Positions 27,450 through 33,039 of a stretch of 33,039 nucleotides of DNA are shown here, one piece after another. Made by a program: the position numbers and the translations under genes. This stretch comes from Oligoflexia bacterium (GTDB lineage: Bacteria; Bdellovibrionota; UBA1018; CAIMNF01): contig CAIOKW010000014.1 in the NCBI GenBank assembly GCA_903858975.1, forward strand, positions 1-33,039, written 5' to 3'. Below the pieces are notes generated by a model, which was given only the letters and a program-made list of their open reading frames with translations, did no database searches and was not told the origin of the DNA. The stretch's first letter is position 1, and every line of letters begins with the position of its first letter.

Positions 27450-30251
27450 TTAAAGTGCTTTCCCAGAACCAATTTCAATAGTTTTAGGGGAACACTCTGG
27501 TGCTGACTCCAATTGGATCTTTTTCTCACCATTTTCTTCAATGATTCGAAACTTATTCTCATGGTTTAGTTCTAGATTGGTCTTCACTTCATCGAGAGCC
27601 GCGATGTTTGCAGGTTTACCATTGATGGTCTTACCCATTGCTTCATTCATGAGAATAGAATCATCTTTAGAGAGGGTAGTCACCTTTGATGAACGAGGCT
27701 TAGTGAAATCATGAATCTCTATCTTACCTGATTCGATATCTTTTACGATAGCCATCTTCCCATTTTGATAAGACTCAACAACGTAGTTACCCGATTTTTT
27801 CATCGAGATACTTTGAGCAACACCGTCTGGAGTTTCAAACTCTAAGAGTCCTTTCTCAGGATTGTATTTTGTTTCAACGGCCTTTGATCCTTCAATCCCT
27901 TCAAGGTGTTTACTTTGAATTTTCTTCAGGCTCTCCAGTTTATCTTTCGCTGCTTGAGATGCACCGAAGATATCTTCTGATGGCTTAATCACATGAAGCT
28001 CTTCCACATCATTCATCGCAATTTTAGATGCTTCTTCACCCTTGCCTGAATTTCTGAGCTCTTGCAGTTTAGCAGCAGCCGTATGATTGATGGCATCGCC
28101 TTCAGGTACACCCAATTTAGAAACAGGGCGTTCCCACTCACTATCCATTTTATTAGTGATCGGAAATCCCTTTTTCTGCCACTCTTTGACTTCTTCAGGT
28201 TTTACTTTAGAAGCATCGAGGAGTTGGATGGTTCCCGTTTCAAGGTTCTTAACCACAATCTCACCCTCTTCACCTACTTTAATGCCTGTAGATTGAAGGT
28301 GATTTGGATCAAGAACTTTAAATGCTTGCGGGTGCTCTTTGGTGGTAAATACTGCTCCCTGGTCCCGAAGTTTGCTGACTTCTTCCAGGGTGAGAGTTTT
28401 CACCGCTTTCTCAGTCACTTGACTGCCTTGCTTGATCACCACGGTACCGTCTTTACTGATAGGAACTCCAAGTTCCTCACTGTAGCGAGTCGCAAATTTT
28501 CCATCCTTAAGATCACGGAAAGTTTTCTTACTCATTCGAAGGATCGTTTCACCGTCTGAGGACACTTCTGTAAGAGAAACCCCAGCACGATTAAACTGAG
28601 CCATTTGCTCGCTACTCAGTGAAGAAGCAGGGACTCGCATCACTTGATTGCCTTTTTTATCAAAGGTGATTCCAGCCTTCGATGCGCCTGCTACTTCAGT
28701 CAGTTTCGCGTACATGCGTGCAATTTGAAATTCGCTCATTCCAATCCCAGCACTACTGAGGAGGTTTGCACCCGTAACCGCTCCTGCACCCATGATTCGA
28801 TTATCAAAAGCGAGGTATTTACCGAAAGCATCTTTAGCTCCTCGGGCTGTGGAGATCACCACTTTTCCCGGAATGGATTTAGAGACCGCCTCACCGGTGA
28901 GTTTGATCCCATCAATCACTTTTGAATACTTGGGCTTCATGATTGCGGCGTAAACCTTGCCACTCTTGAACGCATTCCAAGATTTGATGACGGTTTTAGA
29001 GATTGGTTTAGTAGTGGTGACTACTGCTTTACCAATCCATTTCGCTTTAGTTTCTACAACATTCATAGCCTTAGTGATGGCAGTCGATTTTCCTGCTAGT
29101 TTAATTTTGGGAAGGGTCTTGGAAGCAGCAGCGATGACTTCAGCAAGTTTGGGTCCAAGCTTTGTTACTGCCGTTTTGAGTGCACCATAGCCTACGCCCA
29201 TTGTGAAGGTGAAGCCAACAACGTCAGAAGCGACTCGTCCACCAATTTCACACATGAGCTGACCTTTTTGGGCGCAGTTCATACATTTCGATTCTCTCTC
29301 AAAGAGACCCACATAGGTGAGTTCTTTGATGAAGTCGAGGACTTGGTTAAATTTGTGTTTTAACCATCCTTCTTTATCTTTTTCATAATCTTTTACTTCT
29401 TTTTGATCGGCTTGAGAAACAGCATGAATATTGGTTGCCGTTTTATCCTCAGTTTTGTGCCAGGCATCCCAGAAGAGCCACTTGGCACCTTTGGCAACTT
29501 TGTCGCCGCACCACTTGAGGCCTTCCCAAACGAGTTTTGCCAGGCCAGTGATGGATTCCCAAATCCCTTTCAGGAGTCCTTTCACCATATTCATAGCGCA
29601 AGAAGACACTTGTCCGACTATGGAAGTTTTAGGACAACCATCGTTTCCTTTGGTGAATGCATTGACGAGAAGAGTTCCCATGCCAGTGGTTGCCGCTGCG
29701 ATGGCTGGTTTCCAAAGGCAGTAGTTGTTACAGGGTTCTTTTTTAAATTTCATCTGGTCGGCAAGTGAGCAGGCTTCTCCGGGAGGTGTTGCGTCTGAAT
29801 CTTCTTTTAAGCTTTCGTGATGTACAATGGAGCATTGAGAACAATTGGGAGTTTCAACATCGATATTGTACTCAGCGATGAGTTCATCGGAGAGCTTGTT
29901 CATGTGGTAAAGTTTGTCTCGTTCTTGAGCGCAGTTTTTAATCTGCATGTCCTCATCAGAGATATGAGTAGAAAGTGTGAATGCTCTTGTTTCGTCGATT
30001 TCACCATCTTTGTTTGAGCATTGTTGTGAAAAAAGCTCATTTTGGTTCATGGTTTCACGAACATATTGCTCTGCTTCGATCGCAGTATCAATTTTAAGTT
30101 CTGATGCCGTCCTTGAACTCTCAGAGTCAAGTTGTTCAGAAACGCGTGTCCCAGTTTTAATCAATCCCATTTGGGCTTGAGATACAGGAATGTTGCCAAT
30201 GAAAAGTTGAAGGCATAGAATACTAAGAATAGTTTGATTAAGGGTCTTCAT
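27450..30251 (-). CDS. Large secreted hypothetical protein (933 aa): Cys-rich N-terminus, central hydrophobic/amphipathic helices, degenerate C-terminal repeats
   Basis: Long clean ORF, AGGAG RBS, Sec-type signal peptide ending SQA. No family recognised. Confidence 0.85.
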   Translation of the reverse strand: MKTLNQTILSILCLQLFIGNIPVSQAQMGLIKTGTRVSEQLDSESSRTASELKIDTAIEAEQYVRETMNQNELFSQQCSNKDGEIDETRAFTLSTHISDEDMQIKNCAQERDKLYHMNKLSDELIAEYNIDVETPNCSQCSIVHHESLKEDSDATPPGEACSLADQMKFKKEPCNNYCLWKPAIAAATTGMGTLLVNAFTKGNDGCPKTSIVGQVSSCAMNMVKGLLKGIWESITGLAKLVWEGLKWCGDKVAKGAKWLFWDAWHKTEDKTATNIHAVSQADQKEVKDYEKDKEGWLKHKFNQVLDFIKELTYVGLFERESKCMNCAQKGQLMCEIGGRVASDVVGFTFTMGVGYGALKTAVTKLGPKLAEVIAAASKTLPKIKLAGKSTAITKAMNVVETKAKWIGKAVVTTTKPISKTVIKSWNAFKSGKVYAAIMKPKYSKVIDGIKLTGEAVSKSIPGKVVISTARGAKDAFGKYLAFDNRIMGAGAVTGANLLSSAGIGMSEFQIARMYAKLTEVAGASKAGITFDKKGNQVMRVPASSLSSEQMAQFNRAGVSLTEVSSDGETILRMSKKTFRDLKDGKFATRYSEELGVPISKDGTVVIKQGSQVTEKAVKTLTLEEVSKLRDQGAVFTTKEHPQAFKVLDPNHLQSTGIKVGEEGEIVVKNLETGTIQLLDASKVKPEEVKEWQKKGFPITNKMDSEWERPVSKLGVPEGDAINHTAAAKLQELRNSGKGEEASKIAMNDVEELHVIKPSEDIFGASQAAKDKLESLKKIQSKHLEGIEGSKAVETKYNPEKGLLEFETPDGVAQSISMKKSGNYVVESYQNGKMAIVKDIESGKIEIHDFTKPRSSKVTTLSKDDSILMNEAMGKTINGKPANIAALDEVKTNLELNHENKFRIIEENGEKKIQLESAPECSPKTIEIGSGKAL

Positions 30252-30276
30252 GACCGAGTTCTCCTGTAAATTCGTT

Positions 30277-30855
30277 TTACTTGGTGGCAGGTTTTGTAGC
30301 GCTGGCTACAGTCTTTTCACATTTTAAAGTTTTGATGGTTTCATCCACAATCTTGTTATCTGTTTTTTCATATTCAGAATGAGTGATGGACTTTAAATGA
30401 TAGAGTCGTCGGCCATTGCAGAGAACGAATATAGACCGTTCATAGAATTTACCTGTGGGTAGTTCATAGTGGTAGCCAAGGGTGTGAGCCTCTTCGATGC
30501 CAGTCCATTTCGTTTTTTGGTAAGAGTCATAGCTAATGGATTTACCTTCAAATTTTTCAAGCCAGGCCTCCCTTCCGCTCATATAGGATTTAATGTCTTT
30601 ATCCCCTTGATCGAATACTTTGTCGGTATCAGCGGCACCTGAAGGGGTGATTCCAATCACGGTTCGATGGCCTTCTTTATTGTCGGGGCCTATGAGGGAT
30701 ACTGGGAATCCGTAGAAATCCTTTGGGGTTTGCCAACCATTCGGCACATTGATGGTGAATTGATCATCTCCGACCGTAAAGTTTTTCACGCTGGCGTGAG
30801 CAAGAGCAGAGGAGGTGAGGATAATAGTAGCGGTCCAGAGAACAAATTTTTTCAT
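30277..30855 (-). CDS. Secreted hypothetical protein, possible DcrB/PsbP/Mog1p-like fold
   Basis: Signal ending AHA. 'FTINVPNGW', late beta strands 'GRRLYHL' and terminal helix 'VDETIKTLK' follow the PsbP/DcrB pattern. Fold call is by eye. Confidence 0.7.
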   Translation of the reverse strand: MKKFVLWTATIILTSSALAHASVKNFTVGDDQFTINVPNGWQTPKDFYGFPVSLIGPDNKEGHRTVIGITPSGAADTDKVFDQGDKDIKSYMSGREAWLEKFEGKSISYDSYQKTKWTGIEEAHTLGYHYELPTGKFYERSIFVLCNGRRLYHLKSITHSEYEKTDNKIVDETIKTLKCEKTVASATKPATK

Positions 30856-30980
30856 GAATCAGGGCGTCCTTTCCCAATAGTTTCACTCTATTTAGGATGG
30901 AGGCTTTTATGCGCTAATTCAAAGTAAAAGTTCGTTGAAGAAAAGAATTTAACGTCAATCTTTTGAATGGTTTTAGTATT

Positions 30981-32432
30981 TTAGAGTTGTTCTCGAATGG
31001 TTTCGATATTTTTCCGAAGTTCCGGATTGGTTTCAATTTCCGCTTCAATTTTTTGATGAGCATGAACCGCAGTAGAATGATCTTTGCCAAAAATTTGACT
31101 AATTTCCCTGAACCCAAGATTTGTGTATCGGCGGATAAGGTACATCGCAATTTGACGTGGGAGTGAGAAATTCTTAGCTCGTGAGACCCCTTTGAGATCC
31201 TTGATTTTCAAATTGTAGTGTTTTGAGACGGCATTTAAAATCATCTCAACGGTATATTCTTGGCCTTCCTCAGGAATGGAGCTTTGAAGAACTTGTTTCG
31301 CGAGATCAAGGGTGATCTCAGATCCCGTGAGTGCTGCATATTGCTGGAGTTTCACAAGCGCCCCATGAAGATTTCGGACGGTATCTCGCACGTAGGTTCC
31401 TAGGAATGTCGCCACTTCATCTGGAAGGTAAACATCATCGGATTCTGCTTTGGCTTTTAGGATCGCGATTCGTGTTTCGATTTCGGGTGGACGAATATCA
31501 GCAACCAGTCCCATTTCAAATCGGGTTCGAATTCGTTCCTCAAGGCCATCAATATCCTTAGGCGCTTTATCGGAGGTCAACACGATCATTTTTTTCATGG
31601 ATACGAGGGTGTTGAAAGTGTGAATAAACTCTTCTTCAGATCTGTCCTTACCTACAATAAATTGAACATCATCGATGAGGAGTAGGTCTACGTTTTCCCT
31701 GTATTTTGCCCTGAAATCGCCTGGTTTTTTATGCTGAAGACTTTCGATAAATTCATTCACAAATTTTTCTGCAGAAACAAAATAGGCGCGAATGTGCGGG
31801 TTCTTCTTTTTAATGTGGTTTCCAATCGCGTGTAGAAGGTGTGTCTTTCCAACAGCAGGTTGCCCATAAATAAAGAGGGGATTAAATTGTACTGCAGGGT
31901 TTTCTGCAGTTGAGAAAGCGGATGCGTAGGCGAATTGATTTGAAGGGCCCACGATATAATTATCAAAGGTAAGATTTTGATCGATGTGGTCTTCGACAGG
32001 GCCGCGGGATGATTTTGATTGAAAGCCCCCTTTTGATGGAGAAGGGGAGTGGGTGTTTAATGTCGTAGTGGTTCGCTCCTCTGGGGTTTCACTGGGTGGT
32101 GCGAGCGGGTTTTCCATTGGTGATTGAAATGATTGAGATTTTTTCGCTGCCCCCTCATCTGAATCAGAGGATTTTTGAACGGCGATCGACACTTCGCAGG
32201 CTTCACCAATGACTTCGGAGACTGCGTTTTCGATGTCTGCTTTAAAGGTGGTTTCGATAAAATTGGCGTAATAGTGGTTGGGTGCGGAGAGATGGATTCT
32301 GACCCGGCCTGGGCCCAAACGTTCAGCATTTCCCCAGCTTAACGCGTCTAGCCAAAATTTAACTGCATTAGCATCCGGATGATTTTGGAGGATCTGGAGG
32401 TAGGCAGTGGCCCATAGGTTCGTTTGATTCAT
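30981..32432 (-). CDS. dnaA: Chromosomal replication initiator DnaA
   Basis: TFDNYIVGPSN, FNPLFIYG..GKTHLL, LLIDDVQF, RIRTRFEMGL, PRQIAMYL, DHST. Confidence 0.99.
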   Translation of the reverse strand: MNQTNLWATAYLQILQNHPDANAVKFWLDALSWGNAERLGPGRVRIHLSAPNHYYANFIETTFKADIENAVSEVIGEACEVSIAVQKSSDSDEGAAKKSQSFQSPMENPLAPPSETPEERTTTTLNTHSPSPSKGGFQSKSSRGPVEDHIDQNLTFDNYIVGPSNQFAYASAFSTAENPAVQFNPLFIYGQPAVGKTHLLHAIGNHIKKKNPHIRAYFVSAEKFVNEFIESLQHKKPGDFRAKYRENVDLLLIDDVQFIVGKDRSEEEFIHTFNTLVSMKKMIVLTSDKAPKDIDGLEERIRTRFEMGLVADIRPPEIETRIAILKAKAESDDVYLPDEVATFLGTYVRDTVRNLHGALVKLQQYAALTGSEITLDLAKQVLQSSIPEEGQEYTVEMILNAVSKHYNLKIKDLKGVSRAKNFSLPRQIAMYLIRRYTNLGFREISQIFGKDHSTAVHAHQKIEAEIETNPELRKNIETIREQL

Positions 32433-32497
32433 TTAAAGCGTCCTGGATTGGTGGAAGGGTCGAAGTTAGCATGAAGATTGGGGCCTGACAATGGTTT

Positions 32498-32539
32498 GGT
32501 GGATAGCTTGGTTGACAAGTACCCCCTGAATCCTATAAA
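32498..32539 (+). promoter_or_regulatory. sigma70 promoter of rpmH-rnpA with adjacent/overlapping DnaA-box-like sites
   Basis: TTGACA (32512-17)-N16-TATAAA (32534-39). Box-like GGTGGATAG (32498-506) and GGTTGACAA (32510-18). Confidence 0.6.
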
Positions 32540-32577
32540 ACATGTCTTCAACAAATTTTGGTTAAAGGAATTAGAGT

Positions 32578-32727
32578 ATGAAACGTACATTTCAACCTTC
32601 TCGCAAAAAGAGAACAAAGACCCACGGTTTCCGCGCACGCATGGCGACTGCAAACGGACAAAAAGTTTTGAAAGCACGCAGAGCACGCGGCCGCAAGAAC
32701 CTTGTTCCAACTGTAGCTTCTAAGTAA
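32578..32727 (+). CDS. rpmH: 50S ribosomal protein L34 (not in ORF track)
   Basis: Manual translation [49 protein letters not shown]; AAGGA RBS; divergent from dnaA. Confidence 0.98.
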   Translation: MKRTFQPSRKKRTKTHGFRARMATANGQKVLKARRARGRKNLVPTVASK

Positions 32728-32740
32728 TTTAAATCCTTTC

Positions 32741-33039
32741 ATGGATTTTCCGAAGAACGCGCGAGTTAGATTCAAATCAGAATACCTTGAGTTTTTTAAG
32801 GGTAGCGATGTGAAACGCTTGGGTGTTTGCACCTTATTTCGTATTGCAAACGAAAAGGGTGAGGCTCGTGTTGGGATGACCATCAAAGCCAAAGTGAATA
32901 GCGTTTATCGCAATAAATTAAAGAGACAAATTAGAGAGTGCTTCCGGGCGAACCGGAAAGCACTCTCTTCGTTTGATTACAACGTGGTGATTCCGGGTGG
33001 AGTGCGGGTTCAGTATAAAACTCCGAAACTGGTACGAAA
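32741..33039 (+). CDS. rnpA: Ribonuclease P protein component, partial (runs off window)
   Basis: MDFPKNARVR...RVGMTI.....SVYRNKLKRQIRECFR (RNR motif), directly after rpmH. Confidence 0.93.
   Translation, partial: MDFPKNARVRFKSEYLEFFKGSDVKRLGVCTLFRIANEKGEARVGMTIKAKVNSVYRNKLKRQIRECFRANRKALSSFDYNVVIPGGVRVQYKTPKLVR

Noticed and set aside
29820-29850. CSQC and CMNC in the 933-aa protein as heme c sites
   Set aside because: Neither is followed by His (not CxxCH); disulfides are more likely in a secreted protein.
32429-32892. ORF-track entries 32429-32710, 32478-32723 and 32548-32892
   Set aside because: They are shadow or alternative frames of the real rpmH and rnpA genes.

Overview
Bacterial chromosome-origin region. 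Gene order (dnaA-dnaN-recF-gyrB-gyrA-TPR-atpZ/I-atpB-atpE, and mfd-PPIase-surA) suggests Bdellovibrionota or a related former deltaproteobacterium; this is inferred from synteny only. From right to left: partial rnpA and rpmH (+), dnaA (-), two unknown secreted-protein genes between dnaA and dnaN, oriC directly upstream of dnaN, dnaN-recF-gyrB-fabH-gyrA-TPR lipoprotein-F0 ATP synthase genes (-), a convergent mfd-PPIase-surA-pdxA-PMM/PGM-uvrA run (+), and a translationally coupled complex I (nuo)-like operon (-) that runs off the left edge. Four things stand out. (1) The nuo-like operon (A,B,D,H,I,J,K,L,M,N; no C,E,F,G) keeps every Fe-S ligand but appears to have lost quinone-site and proton-channel residues while its ORFs stay intact. 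(2) A DcrB/PsbP-like secreted protein and a 933-aa Cys-rich secreted protein separate dnaA from oriC. (3) The oriC DnaA boxes are mostly TTATCCCC-type and DnaA has an altered recognition helix. (4) UvrA lacks its insertion domain and lies in the same gene run as mfd. All protein alignments were made by eye from remembered consensus motifs; no searches were run.
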